Assembly (NCBI RefSeq): GCF_041146345.1
Contig: NW_027191404.1
Coordinates: forward strand, 1,116,001 to 1,180,000
Origin: Neodothiora populina
Taxonomy: Eukaryota
Length of the DNA: 64,000 bases
Reading direction: 5' to 3'
Shown piece after piece: positions 1-13,181 of this stretch. How positions within the stretch are numbered: the first letter of the stretch is position 1; every line of letters begins with the position of its first letter. The position numbers and the translations under genes were made by a program. The notes beneath the pieces were generated by a model. The model was not told the DNA's origin, did not search any database, and was given only the letters and a program-made list of their open reading frames with translations.

Positions 1-410
1 TGGATATGAAGAGGGATGAAGATTTACCACAACCAGGATCACCTTGTGCTATAGATACAGTGTTTCAAACAGCAGAATGCCGATTGAACCAGCCTACGAT
101 CTGTCCGCAGCACCGCATCATTGATAGCAACGCTTAGGAAAGTCCTTTGATTATATCACAATAGTGGTTGAGGAGAACATGGTATATGGGACTGTAGGTG
201 AGAAACAAAGTCTTGGCAGTGACCGCATGGATGGTTTGGAGGGGAACAGACTGACTCACAAAAGTTTCCCACATAGTAAATGTTACCTGAATCTAAGGCA
301 TGTATGCAGTGCAGAATTACACCCAACATATCACCATAGTCGATTCTTGATAGTAGAGAAAGACAGTATCTGGCATTCCTTCGCTTCGTTCGTCGTTTCT
401 CTTGCCCTCC

Positions 411-2828
411 ATGGCACCCAAAGGCAAGAAATCGGATGGCCACTCCAAGCAGCGCGAAGAGGAAGTCGAGGAGCCTCTTCAGGCCGTGGTAAGTGTCAAC
501 TCACTACTCTATAATAGTAGGCAGACATGAGTGCAGTCTATGCTAATAGCTTCAGATCCTCGCCGACTCTTTCGAGACCCGGTTCAGTCCCTTCAATCTC
601 GAACGACCTCGCGTAAGTCCCTCCTCCGGAAGAGCAAGACATGGCGCAATGCTCAGGACAGCATTTTGACTGATCATCTCAGTGCCTCATCCCTCTGGCG
701 AATACGCCGTTGATAGAATATACATTCGAGTTTCTTGCAAACGCCGGTGTCGAAGAGGTTTTCGTTTACTGCGGTGCTCAATGGGAGCAAGTTCAGGAAT
801 ACATCGAGTAAGAACGCCACCATGCACTGTAGCATTACCTCCGTAGCAGAGCGCAACACTTACAGTACGCGACACAGGCACACAAAATGGAAGTCGTCGG
901 TATCTCCCTTCTCCAGGGTGGAAATACTCCACAGCAGCTCTTCCTCTATCGGCGATGCAATGCGTGACCTGGATGCGCGCGCGATTCTGGCCAATGATTT
1001 CCTCGTTGTCTATGGAGACATCATCTCCAACCTACCCATCGACGGCGCCATGGCGGCTCATCGTCGACGTCGTCAGAAGGATAAAAACGCAATCATGACC
1101 ATGGTGCTGCGCGAGGCAGGAACGAGACACCGAACCAAGAGCCAGGACATCACCCCGGTCTTTGTCATCGACCCTACCAAAGACAGATGCGTCCATTACG
1201 AGCAGATGCGTCCCCACCAGACCAGCCGCTTCGTCAACATCGACCCCGACATTCTGAAAGAGCACGCTGAGATTGAGGTGCGCCAGGACCTGATTGACTG
1301 TGGAATCGATATCTGCACCCCTGATGTGCTCGCATTGTGGTCTGACAACTTCGACTACGAATATCCCCGAAAAGGCTTCTTGCACTCGGTGCTGAAGGAC
1401 TACGAGCTGAACGGCAAAACCATCCACACGCACATTGTCAACGATCATTACGCAGCCCGAGTAAAGAATCTTAGTGCATACGGAGCCGTCAGCAGGGACA
1501 TCATGGGCCGATGGGCCTACCCGATCTGCCCCGACAGCAATCTAGTAAGAGATCAGACATACAGACTCCTGAAGGGCAATGTGTATAGAGAAGAGGGAGT
1601 CGTGCTGGCTCGCTCCTGTCACATTGGCAAGAAGACGGTCATAGGTCGAGCGACGGCCATCGGAGACGGCAGTGTTGTCAGCAACAGCGTCATCGGCAGA
1701 AGGTGCGTTATCGGAAGAAACGTCAAGATCGACGGCGCATACATCTGGGACGATGCCTTTATCGGTGACGGATCAGTGATTCAGGATGCGATTATTGCAA
1801 ATGAGGCATCTGTGGGCAAGAGATGCAAGATCATGCCCGGCGCATTGTTGTCGTACGGAGTGCACATAGCTGATGGCATGACGGTCAAGGAGGGCAGCAG
1901 GATCACGCAAAAGAAACGAGTGGCAGGATACGAGGAGGACGAGATCGTCAGCGGTGACAACGACCTCAAGCTTGTCGGACAAAATGGCACAGGTTTCGAG
2001 TATGAGCCAGATGAGGATGAGGAAGACGAAGAGCACCTCGGTCTGAACCACGCAACCATGTACAACATGGCCAATCTGTCTCTATCGCAAGACTCGATCT
2101 CGACGCTGAATTCGGAAGATGACTACTCGGACGATTTCAGTGCGGGACGAAGTGGAAGAACGGAGAGTTTTGGGTCGATCGGATCAGTGGCATCAGACGA
2201 CAGCAATATCGACGAGCGGGCAGCATTGGATTTTCACCATGAAGCAGCGGCCAGTGTCTACGACTCACTACAAAAGGGCGACGAGAGCTCCAACATCCAA
2301 CTCGAGCTCACTTCTCTCAGAATGTCAGCCAACGCGTCTCCGTCGCAAGTGAGGAGAGCGGTCGTGGCAGCATTCATGAAGCGGATAGCTGGCCTCGTCG
2401 AGGACGGGCTCAGTCCGGCACAGGCGGTCAAGAAGACAATTCCGGTGCACAAAGTGCTGCTGGAGAGGACCATGTTCGATCACGGTGACGATCACGAAGA
2501 GAAGCCAGACCAAGTGGAGTTCTTGCTTCTCATGCAAACCGATCTCTGCCACAGAAAGGATGGCGAGCAGATCATGCTGTACGCGAGCAACGACCTCGCC
2601 ATGAGCGACGTCATCGACACAGAGGGCTTCGAACAATGGTGGCACGACGAGAAGAGTCAGGCCAACGATGAGCTGAAGCATGTGCGAAGCTTGATGGGAC
2701 AATTCATGGACGCCATTCTCAGCGACAGTGAGGAAGAAGAGGAAAGCAGTGATGAGGAGGAGGAGGAGGAGGAGGAGGAGGAGGATGACGATGACGAAGA
2801 AGAAGAATCTGATAGCGACGACGAGTAA
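411..2828 (+). CDS. GCD6: Translation initiation factor eIF2B epsilon subunit (4 exons)
   Basis: ATG at 411 (MAPKGKKS...EEPLQAV/ILADSFETRFSPF..ERPR/CLIPLANTPLIEYTFEFLA). Introns 489-555, 613-682, 808-877. Nucleotidyltransferase-like N-domain, hexapeptide (LbH) repeats, C-terminal W2 domain and acidic tail. Confidence 0.96.
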
Positions 2829-4351
2829 GAGGGGTCAGAGATGTACTTGTAAGCTATGATGACTGTAGAGTAGGCCTGCAGGCAAGGCAGTGATACCCAC
2901 GTGACACGGCGAAAGAGTATAAAGTCTGTTATACAGTTGATAAACGTATATATTATTGCAGTCGCACTCATATGGTCTCTCTGCGTTTGGGTGTGTATAA
3001 AGTTTGACTGGTGAGCTGTTTTACATGAGACAATACTTGCGGTGTTGTACTATTGAGTGAACCGGCCATGGCAGCACTTTGAGGTTTGTGAAGTAAGCCG
3101 CCGTCGAATACGAAGGTATATACCATACACCCACAACACTTTATCTGGAGAATATTGAGATGCTAGTAACCAGTAACGAACGTTGGAAAAATGCTGAATG
3201 ATTGCCCCTGTGTGAAAGGTACTTTTGTTTTTAAGTTGTCCACCCACATCAGTGGCTCAAATGGGGCTTTTTGTGGCATCTACCTGAAATCTGCCTGGAA
3301 GCCACCCGAATCTAGGCACAGTACGACCAGGAATCACAATTGATTACCTAAATCCAGGTACCGATCTCACACAACTCAAGTCAAGTGCACTGCAGTCAAC
3401 GAACAATGACGCATCCAGGCAGACGCGCGCTTTAGGCGATTTGATTGTTCAGCCTCGGAACGGCGTCGCCATTTTCAGGCTTCAGGGTCATAACTACAAT
3501 CAATAAGGAACAGGATAAGGGCTTCACATTCGGGTTCAAAATTGAATTGGAGGAACAAGTCCTTTTTGTGTCAAGTTTGACGACGACGACGAATACTTCT
3601 TTTTCTGTCTTTTCTTTGCTTTTCGAAAGTATCAGGCTTCACGCATCATCTCGTCTGCAAAAATCATCCTCTCTCTTTCCCCCACGCCTCATTCCCAAAA
3701 CCTTCTTCGAATCAGTCGTCAGTCGTCAGTCATCAGTCATCAATCATCCAGTCATCCCGTTCTAGACTCATTCACGTGCACCGGGTCGCCGACGCCCAGC
3801 AGGTATCCTGCCTGCGCAGCCAACACACACCCGCATAGACGCCCTGTCCGGAGTTTTTCCATCATTCTTTACTTGTCCGAAAAAGCAACGAGCGTCACTT
3901 GGTAGCAGTAGACATCGCTCTGCTCCCCGTATTAGTCGGATCTACACTTGTACGAGGCCCGGGTTCGTCACGCCTAGACTAGGCCTCATCCCGACCGGCT
4001 TTAACCATCCGTTCGTTCCCTCTGTCTCCGTGAATACCTGACCTTACCTTATCCCGCTTTCCGCTTCTCCACATCCACGACGACATAACCGCCGCCCACG
4101 TTGCCTGACAGCCACCACACGCAGACAGACATACCGCCGTCTTCCTCCTCCATCACCCACCCTTTTCCCTTCGTCATCTGAGGCGAAGGCTTCACATATC
4201 GCCCACCACGCCTCCACTCACGCGTAAACGAAAGCTCGAAGCCGCCACAGCGCAGAGTGCCCTTCTGTCTGTCGAGCCTGCTCTTGCTGTCACCAACCCT
4301 GACGCCACGAATCCGTCGTCATCGGCATCCGCCGCCCTCAAGAAATCCACA

Positions 4352-4384
4352 ACCACCACCACCACCACCACCACCACCACCACC
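4352..4384 (+). repeat. (ACC)n microsatellite (poly-Thr in the frame upstream of ARI1)
   Basis: About 11 tandem ACC units seen directly. Confidence 0.95.
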
Positions 4385-4555
4385 GCCGCCGACGCTGCCA
4401 CCGGTCACCAAAGGCCCAGAGGCAGCAGTCCTGTAAAGAAGCAGAAGGTCGAGCTTCAGCCGCCCGCAACTCCAACTCCTCCGACCTTGCTGTCGTCGCC
4501 CCCTCCCACGCTCAAAAGCGAAAAGGTGCACCAGGTGCAGCAGATCCAGACCCCA

Positions 4556-6234
4556 ATGGACTCGGACGATGACTTCAACTCTGTGGCCAGCGGGAGCGAC
4601 ATGGAGTTTGACGACGACCAAGACAGCAGTGTCGACTTTGGTGCCGCAGGTGAGTCTGCATGTGATTGTTCTCTTGCTGACAATGACTAATCAGATCCGC
4701 CATGTAGATTCGGACAACGATCTGGACCTCGAAGATGACCCCGATATCGGCTTCGACACACAAGAAAAAGACTACAAACCACGCAGAAAGGCCTACGAGG
4801 TCGACTTTTCCGTCTACAGCCCGCAAGACATTCAAGCACAACAAGACAAACAGGTCGAGGAGGTGTCAAATATCCTAGGTCAACCCCACGAAGCCACCGC
4901 TGTTCTACTACGCTACTCACGATGGAACAAAGAACGCCTGATCGAGCAATACATGGACAAGCAAGACGAGATCCTAGACAAGGCCGGCTTGAGCCATGAC
5001 GAGACGTGGAAGCCCGAGGTCAAGTCCATCGATGGCTTCATGTGCGATATCTGTTGCGACGATGCCCCCGGCATGCAGACCTTCGCCATGAAGTGTGATC
5101 ATCGCTACTGTGTTGACTGCTACAAACAATACCTGGCGCAGAAAATCAAAGAGGAGGGCGAAGCTGCTAGGATCAGATGTCCTGGCGACGCCTGCAACCG
5201 CATCGTAGATTCCAAGAGCTTGGACGTGCTTGTCGACTCGGATCTCCGGAACCGCTACCAGGAGCTGCTGACTCGGACCTACGTCGACGACAAGGACAAT
5301 CTCAAGTGGTGCCCTGCTCCGAATTGTGTTTATGCCATCGACTGCGCGGTCAAGCAGAAGGATCTCAACAGAATCGTACCCACTGTGCAGTGCGACTGCG
5401 GCCATCCCTTCTGCTTCGGCTGCACCTTGTCGGATCACCAGCCCACGCCGTGTGTCTTGGTACGGAAATGGCTCAAGAAGTGCGAGGATGACTCTGAAAC
5501 AGCGAATTGGATATCAGCCAACACGAAAGAGTGCCCCAGATGTCGCAGCACCATCGAGAAGAACGGCGGATGTAACCACATGACGTGTCGAAAATGCAAG
5601 AACGAGTTCTGCTGGATGTGCATGGGAGTGTGGAGCGAGCACGGAACGTCGTGGTACAACTGCAACCGTTACGAAGAGAAGAGCGGACATGACGCCAGAG
5701 ACGCCCAGGCAAAATCTCGCCAGAGTCTGGAACGATATCTTCATTACTACAATCGATATGCCAATCACGAGCAGTCGGCTAAGCTGGACAAGGACATCTA
5801 TCTCAAGACCGAAAAGAAGATGACACAGCTGCAATCGTCTTCTGGCATGTCGTGGATAGAGGTGCAATTCCTCGATTATGCTTCGCAAGCTCTGCAGCAA
5901 TGCCGACAGACTCTCAAGTGGACGTATGCATTCGCATACTATCTCGCCCGTAACAATCTCACCGAGATCTTCGAGGACAACCAGAAGGACTTGGAGATGG
6001 CCGTCGAGAACTTGTCAGAGATGTTTGAGAAGTCGACGGATCAACTGGCAGCGCTCAAGGTCGAGATGATGGACAAGACGACGTACTGCAACAAGCGCCG
6101 TGTCATTCTTCTCGATGACACGGCGGAGAACCTCAAGCAGGGTAAGTGTTTTGTTGGCAGCCATGGATTGCATACAGTGTGCTAACAATTTCTTTCTAGG
6201 CAATTGGGAATTTAACACATCCTTGATGCCTTAG
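4556..6234 (+). CDS. ARI1: Ariadne-family RBR E3 ubiquitin ligase (ARIH1/Hel1-like)
   Basis: ATG at 4556 (MDSDDDF). Introns 4650-4707 and 6142-6199. RING1 (CDICC..CDHRYC), IBR (KWCPAPNC), RING2 (KECPRC..IEKNGGCNHMTC) and Ariadne domain (LERYLHYYNRY). Stop TAG 6232-6234. Possible non-AUG extension from 4208 (see findings). Confidence 0.95.
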
Positions 6235-7250
6235 GTCAAGTCTGGAAGATCGCGTGCGCACGATACACAGCACCACACGGATCGCGGCCATTACCCAGCG
6301 GGCTTGGTTCTTTCTGACGTGCCTGACTTTGGGCTGCATGTCCGATCGCTCGACCGAAAGTGTGAACAAGTCGCCATACCCATGGACAACACTGAGTGAT
6401 GTCGGACTGGAGTGAGCGGCACCAACCGCATGACTCTTGGGTACACTCAGACCTGTCATATGGTACAGTGAGTGTCATACCAGCTCTACCACAAGTTGTG
6501 GTATGCACTGCTGCAAGCGATATTGCATTAACTACAGGCCCACCTGGTCCCACGACGAACCACGATCAGTAAACACTTCTTTTGTCTCGACACCAACAAC
6601 CAATCAACCATCCATTCGTTACTCCACCATCTGTTTCCTTTGTCCTCCTAGTCTTTTTTTCTGCCAGCCAAGCCAGCCAATCCTGCACAAGACGTTGTTG
6701 ACGACGATCGACATGCAACAAGATTACATATCACCGGCGCTTTTTTTCTTTTTTTTTCCAAGGGCTCTCTCTCATGCGTTTTGCTGCTGCTGTAATGGAA
6801 TACGTTGTGTGCGTTGTTCTTTCCCATCGCTTTCTTTTGGGTGGATGGGGAGGAAAGGGAATCTGCTTTGCCGTACTGGAGCAATATGGGTTTTGGAGAG
6901 GGGGTTTATTGACCGCTTCTTGGGTTTGGAGGTCTTTGGGGAATCGAGCTGGCGTTTTTTTAGGGAGCGGTGGGGGGGGGGGGAAGGGTTGTTAGCCGTA
7001 TATATTGACGCAATGACTGTGAATTACTTCTCGATTTTTCTTTCGATTTCTCCTTTTCTCACAGGAATGATTGATTTTTCTCCAAGAAGAAAGAGTCGGT
7101 CTGTGGAGTTCAGGCGTTTTTTTCAAACTCTTGGTTTTCATTGGGTTTTATATCTACAGGTGGAAAAGACTGGCAGGAGCCTCGCTGGCTCTGTCTTCGC
7201 TCTCCTTCTCTCTCCTTCTTTTTTCTCCTTCCAGGCAGCAGTAGCAACAG

Positions 7251-7252
<2 letters not shown>

Positions 7253-7285
<33 letters not shown>
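7253..7285 (+). repeat. (AAC)n microsatellite
   Basis: Tandem AAC/CAA units seen directly. Confidence 0.95.
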
Positions 7286-7286
<1 letters not shown>

Positions 7287-7480
7287 AAGACGACAGGACA
7301 GCTTACCACCATTATGATATCAAGGTAAACCCAGACAGACCACTCGCCCGAACCCAAAGGGAAAGGAAAACAAGTACCAGAGGAAGCAAAGAAACAACGG
7401 ACAAAGAAACCAACGAAGGGTTCTGGGAAACACGCTAGGGAAAGACTATACTAGTAGCTAAACAGACCAGAGAGCGGGAC

Positions 7481-7650
7481 AGACAAGAGACAGAGACAGA
7501 CAAGAGACAGAGACAGACAAGAGACAGAGACAGACAAGGGACAGAGACAGACAAGAGACAGAGACAGACAAGAGACAGAGACAGACAAGAGACAGAGACA
7601 GACAAGAGACAGAGACAGACAAGAGACAGAGACAGAGAAGAGACAGAGAC
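7481..7650 (+). repeat. 17-bp minisatellite, 10 copies (AGACAAGAGACAGAGAC)
   Basis: Ten head-to-tail units; copies 4 and 10 each carry one substitution. Confidence 0.95.
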
Positions 7651-7679
7651 ACGGCAAAACAGACCAGAGCGAGAGACCA

Positions 7680-7720
7680 GAAGAAGAAGAAGAAGAAGAA
7701 GAAGAAGAAGAAGAAGAAGA
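7680..7720 (+). repeat. (GAA)n microsatellite
   Basis: About 13 GAA units just past the stop of the INP1-like gene. Confidence 0.95.
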
Positions 7721-7729
7721 AACACTACA

Positions 7730-7848
7730 TTACATGCCCCACTCCTCCTCATCGTCCGAGAAATCAAAAGACCCCGGCACGACGCGCCTGTGGCCGCGGC
7801 GCTTTTGCATTTCCGTTTCCGTTTGCAGGACCGAGGTTCTTGTCGCTC

Positions 7849-7883
<35 letters not shown>

Positions 7884-10022
7884 GATGATGTTGATGCCGA
7901 GGAAGAGGAAAATGATGACGACGATGACGGGGAAAAGGACTTCAAAGGCAGAGGGGAGAAACCTAGGGAGGCGTAGGCTGATGCTGGGGATATCTCTTGT
8001 TTGCCGTCTATAAGCGGTAACGTGGAGGACTTTGACGGGGTGATTTCTCTGTGCAAGAGCTCGTTATCGTCGGCGCCGTGCAGAGGCACAGTGATCGCCT
8101 CGTAGAACTCGTCGCGTCCATGCCGCCGACCATCGTGGCCGTGCTCGTCATCGTCAGTCCCATGCTCAAGCGCCGAAAGCAATATCCTCGCGGCAATGCG
8201 TAACATGATATGGACGAGATGCGCCGGAGGACCCAGGAAGATGGTGGCTGTTTTCTTGACCAGAGCCGTTGTCGTCGAGGATAGAGTTGTCACTGTTGAT
8301 GATGACGGAGTGGTTGGCGTCAGAGATCGCAGGGCTTGTTTCGTCGCTGATGATGCGGTTGCGGCGGGGAGGAGGAGGGTGGTGGGCGTTACTGTGCGCG
8401 TGTGGTGGGTGCGGCGCACGAGATGTTGGTCGGGCGGTGTTTCTGTGCTAGGGGCCGTGCCTGATGCGGACGCGGTAGGCGCGGGTGAGGGTTGTCGCGT
8501 TGGTGGCAATGAGTGGTAGCTTGATGATTGAGATAGGGAGATTGTAGAGTTGTTTTTGCCATTCGCTGGCCATGAGTCGACGCAAGAGAAAGAGGCCGAG
8601 TTGGATGAAGAGTCTAGAGACGGCTCCGGTGCAGGAACTGAAGTGGCGATTGGTCGTGGCGTCGAGGGAGAGTTGAGGAGAAGAGAGTCTTCACTTTCCG
8701 AGATGAGAGTTGGCACTCCAGTCGCTTCCACATGATCACCATCCCCTTCTCTTGCGCTTTCCTCTTCCGTTACAAGAAAAGGTGAGGTGAATTCGTCCTG
8801 CAATGACTCAGGGGTAGGCGGTAGTTTGGGTGTCGACGCATCCGAGTGTTGTCGTCGTTTGATTGGCCGAGGAATCAAAGTGCTGCCGCTTTGCTGTCTC
8901 ACTGCCTCGTTGATTCTCCCGGCAATCTTGGGGACTGTGGTCTTGGACGGAGCGCGCGATAGCTTGCTGCTGAGCTGTGGCGGAGCTGTGACGGAGCGGG
9001 CGGTACGTGAGTGTAGAGGAGAAGGGGATGGCGTGTGGCTGTCGACGGTGGCTGGTCTCTCTTCTGCTTCTGCTCCTGCTTGTGATTCCTCCTCGTCCTC
9101 TTTCTCCTCCTCGAGTCTGCTGTATTGATGGCCTTGCGCATGTTGTACGGCATAACGTCCCTCGTCGCGGATGCTGCTCAACTGCGACAAAGCCTCCAAA
9201 TTCCCTCTTTCGCCTTCCGGTCGCCATCTCCTCTCGAATGTCCATTTCTTCGCCCGCCCCACAGATGCACTCCGCGACAGACTCCTTCGTGGCACTTCGG
9301 GCATCTCGGGCAGGGCATCCCCGAAGCCTCTTCGAAAGGGACAAGCGGTGCGCTCATAATACAGCACTTTACTCAAGGTGAGCTTCAACCCTTCGACCAG
9401 CTCTTCCTCGCCCGGGTTTGTGCTGGGTAGCTCGATCCGGTAGTACGTGTCCGGACGGATGCGAAAGACAAACTTGGAGACGCCGTCGACGCACCAGCAC
9501 TGCGATCGCGGGAGGATGGCATGGAGCAGAGCGCCAGAGTGCAGGAAGGAGACGCTGCCGGGCACGCGATAGATCTCCAGAGGACCTGGGACCCTGGTCA
9601 AGAGATGTGAGAACAACGAAAAGAGACAACATACCAGCTGCGAGTGTCCTCTCCGTCGCATTCTCCCATGCCAGCCCATTCCCCCAGTCTCCGTCGCTTC
9701 CGCCGCTATAGCTCTCGAAAGTGCTGCTGCTTCTTCTGTTGACCGAAGCCGACGATCCCGGTCGTGTCAAGGCATTAGCAGATGCCGCCGTGGTGAAGGA
9801 TATAATGCGCGCTCCGGGGTGGACATAGAGCGTCTCTATGGCTTCGGACGCCCCGATCTCCACCCCACTGCCACTTGTCTGCCTCGTCGCGTTTGGTGCA
9901 TCGGTCAATTTGGCCGGCAGAGTGAATGAGCGCTGCAGGGATGCCGCATTTCTTTGCGTGAACGAAGAAGTGTTGTCATTGTTAATAGGGTGATGCACTA
10001 CTGGTGTCGTCGGCGTCGACAT
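7730..10022 (-). CDS. INP1: Inheritance of peroxisomes protein Inp1-like (2 exons)
   Basis: ATG 10022; intron 9586-9634 joins TERTLAA to GPLEIYRVPGSVSFLHSGALLHAILPRSQCWCVDGVSKFVFRIRPDTYYRIELP, typical of filamentous-fungal Inp1-domain proteins. Long S/T-rich tail. Confidence 0.8.
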
Positions 10023-10969
10023 CAGAGGCGTCTAGTCTTTTCTCACTATTTGTTTTTGTATTCCTCTGGTGGTGCTTTGGTTTGCTTAGACTTCCATGGA
10101 TGTGGATGCCTCAGAGCCGCGTGGGGAGAATGAGAGACATTGATCGCTGCTGCTGGCTGCGGACGGTCGATTGTTTCTGTGTGTGAAAGCAGTGTGATGC
10201 GGTCACTACTGTTTCAGGTTATTGCTATTGCTCGCTCTCTTTTTTTCTTGTCCTTTTCTTTCTTCTTTTTCCGATCATGAGCTAGCTCTCTGCTCTTATC
10301 CTGGCGAATGACAAGCAGAAAGGGAAAGAAATCAAGACGCGCCTGATCAAATCGTGTTTGTTATCTCAGGACCCCCTTTGCATGACATCTGCCCATCTCC
10401 CCTTTCCAAGGCAGATAAACTACTGTGCTACTACCGTAGCTCGCGACCAGAACCCGTTGCGAGGAAAGACCCTGGACACGCTGAACAACCCAATCCACTC
10501 GTCCATTCACCCCCTTGGCGGTTGACTTACATTGATCACACTACCTTACATACTACCTACCTTACAACTACAGTGCCGTGACTCAGTCATCGTACTTGTA
10601 CCATCAAGCTAGGCACTGCATCACTGCATACCGTAGGAAAACGAGGGAGATTTGGTGGTACACTACGTCTTCGGTACGGTAGAGCTAACAACGGTTTATG
10701 CGGAGAAAGCTTTCTGTGATCGGCACTTTGTTATTTCGGACCTTTCTTTGCTTGTAAAAGTGCCTCATTGATCAACTAGTCATATAAAGCACTGTAGATC
10801 GGCCAGAGCTGCACATCTGCAAATAGTACTTCCGCTTGCCAAAAACATCCACCCAATTTCCACTATAGCCGCCATCCTAACACGAAAAAAAAATAGAGAA
10901 AATGAAATTCACTCTCGGCATGACTGTCATGGTGAATGGATCAGACTCAAACAAAAAGAAAAAAAACCT

Positions 10970-12369
10970 TTACTTCTTGCCAGCAAAGGCACACGCGCCC
11001 ATGTCGATCTTCCCGATCGCCGCCTCGGGCCGGATGTCAAAGTCGAAAATGTCCACAGGTAATCCCAATGTTGTGCATGCATTGGGGATGTCGACTATGC
11101 CGGCGATGTGTCCCTGCACAGGTGCACAAGACAGCAGAAGATATATCTGATAGTCCGAGTAACCTGTGTGAACCAAATGTGTCAGCCAAAGCACGGCCGC
11201 AAGTCGCTGCTTATCATCCCGCAGAGACTTACCGTATCTCCTCAAATACTCAATCACCCTCAGACAAGTCTGTCGGTATGCGATTGTCGCGTCCAAGTAA
11301 TGCTGCTTGCCCGCCGAATCCACGCTGAACCCCTCAAAGTAGACATATCTTCCGGGGCCGAACTGTGGCTCGACTGGTCCAGGCACATAGATTGGACTCT
11401 TCATCGCGAGCTGCTTGACTCCCTCTTTCATGACTGAAAACTTGAGCGTAATCTCGCCTGCCATCTCGATGGCTCCGCAGAAGCTAATCTCTCCATCACC
11501 CTGCGAGAAGTGCAGATCGCCAACGCTGAACTTGGCCCCAGCTACATGCACAGGCAGGTAAATCTTTGAGCCTCTGCTCAGGTTCTTGATATCACAGTTG
11601 CCACCATGCTCTGGCCTGCCAGGAATCGTTCGTGCGCCCTCTCGTCCTACCTTCTCCGTGAGTGTCGAGTCTGCAGATCCGGCGTGCACGTTCTTCGGCT
11701 CTGGTGGTTTTGCGACGTCGCGGCCCATATGCGAGCAAGAGCTAATGAGGTCACCCTCGCGGCGGTTCCATTCCTCGAGGATCTCGGCAGACGGTGCGCA
11801 GCCTAAAATACCAGGGTGAATGAGGCCGGCAAAGCGCACGTGTGGGATGTGCCGCGAGGAGCAGAAGATGCCTTCAAAGTCCCAAATGGCTTTTGCACTA
11901 CAATGGAAGAGAAACTCAGTACACATATCCTCTCGATGTATAACAGCATGGACATGACAAGAGTAGGCAGGATCAGTATAACTTACGCCTCGGGATACTC
12001 TTCGTCCAGAAAGCCGCCTCCATTCTCTTTAGCAAAAACACCCGTGAAGCCCCAGGGCTGCTCCTGCAACGGTTGAACATCCAGAATCTCCACAACAAGC
12101 ACATCACCAGGCTGAGCGCCCTCAATCTCAAAAGGTCCACTGAGAAAGTGGATCTGAGTAAGATCAACGTTCTTGATGTCGTCTGCGTCGTCCGTGTTCT
12201 TGATCTGCCCTCCTGTCCAGTCCAGGCATTGGATCTTCACAGGCTCATTGGGCGCAATGGTACCACTGAACGGGATGTCGGGGTGCCATCTGTTGTGAAG
12301 TCCTTTTTGCTCCGATGCAGGCTTGTTAAGGTCGACTTTTGTCGCGTAGCGAATCTCTGACTTGCCCAT
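10970..12369 (-). CDS. fmdS: Formamidase (acetamidase/formamidase family)
   Basis: LHNRWHPDIP, CLDWTGGQI, GARTIPGRPEHGGNCDIKNL, VGDLHFSQGDGEISFCGAIEMAG, VDIPNACTT. Two introns, near 11896-11986 and 11165-11232. Confidence 0.96.
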
Positions 12370-12474
12370 TGTCCTTTTTTGCTCTTCAGAATGAATATGT
12401 CGATTTTCTCACTCTTGTCGATTTAATCAAGTCTTCCGTGAGAGATGTCCACAAATATCCGCAATGTCACAGTG

Positions 12475-13016
12475 TGATAAATGAACAACAGAGGAACACG
12501 AAAGGAGCAATAGCAAGGAAATAAACGAGAGCTCAACACTCGAGCATAATAACAAGAGGCGGGGTAACGGGACGGCAAGCCTCTCTTATCGCAGCCCTTG
12601 ACTTACTCTATGATGATGATGACTGTCTAATCGTGCTGGGTGACATGTAAAGGGCATGAGTAACAGAGCCTAAAGAGAAATGGCAAATGTCAGGTAGATC
12701 ACTCGATAAGGTGAACCAAGAACGCCAGTGCGTTGCGCCGCCCGTCGGCCACATGGCTTCTTGTGCTTCTTGAACATTGCTATCCTACTGTACCGTAGAT
12801 CATGCTTCGAGGTCTCCACGGCTCGTCGCGTGAGATATGAGGTTCCATCCTACCGCGGTAGATTCACAGGGATGATAAGCCTAAAGGAACTTGGGAAGGT
12901 CGGTACTCGGTGTACGGCAGCATGTAATCGTGAAGCGAGACGGGACTCACGATAGAGCTGTTGATGTTTAGGGGGTGTGTGTGTGTGTGTGTGTGTCAAG
13001 TGCGGGGCAAAGATAA
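12475..13016. promoter_or_regulatory. Cluster of GATAA (AreA/Nit2-type) sites upstream of formamidase
   Basis: TGATAA 12475, CTTATCG 12585, CGATAA 12704, TGATAA 12873, AGATAA 13011. Fungal formamidase genes are known to be under nitrogen metabolite repression. Function of these sites is inferred. Confidence 0.45.
12975..12996 (+). repeat. (GT)n microsatellite
   Basis: About 11 GT units seen directly. Confidence 0.9.
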
Positions 13017-13181
13017 ACCCAGCAAAGGCCGGCCATAGCTTCACAGAGGGGCAGAAATCCATGACGAACGATGGGAGACAAATTTGGAGATACACGGCTC
13101 TAGCCAGCTCAAACGAACCCAATTCCATCTCATCTCGATAGCTGTGTTCTCCTCGAGCAGGAAAGCAATCAACACTGCAGC

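Noticed and set aside
6437..7438. 333-aa ORF downstream of ARI1
   Set aside because: TTG start, runs through poly-T, poly-G and (AAC)n tracts, with no protein-like composition; it is convergent 3'-UTR sequence.
7481..7650. CRISPR-like regular repeat
   Set aside because: Units are contiguous with no spacers, there are no cas genes, and the context is eukaryotic.
10863..10973. Possible donor at the formamidase stop (AA|GTAAAG..CTGAT..CAG) giving a tail ending GWRL
   Set aside because: Weak donor, a short tail derived from a T-run, and WRL is not a canonical PTS1.
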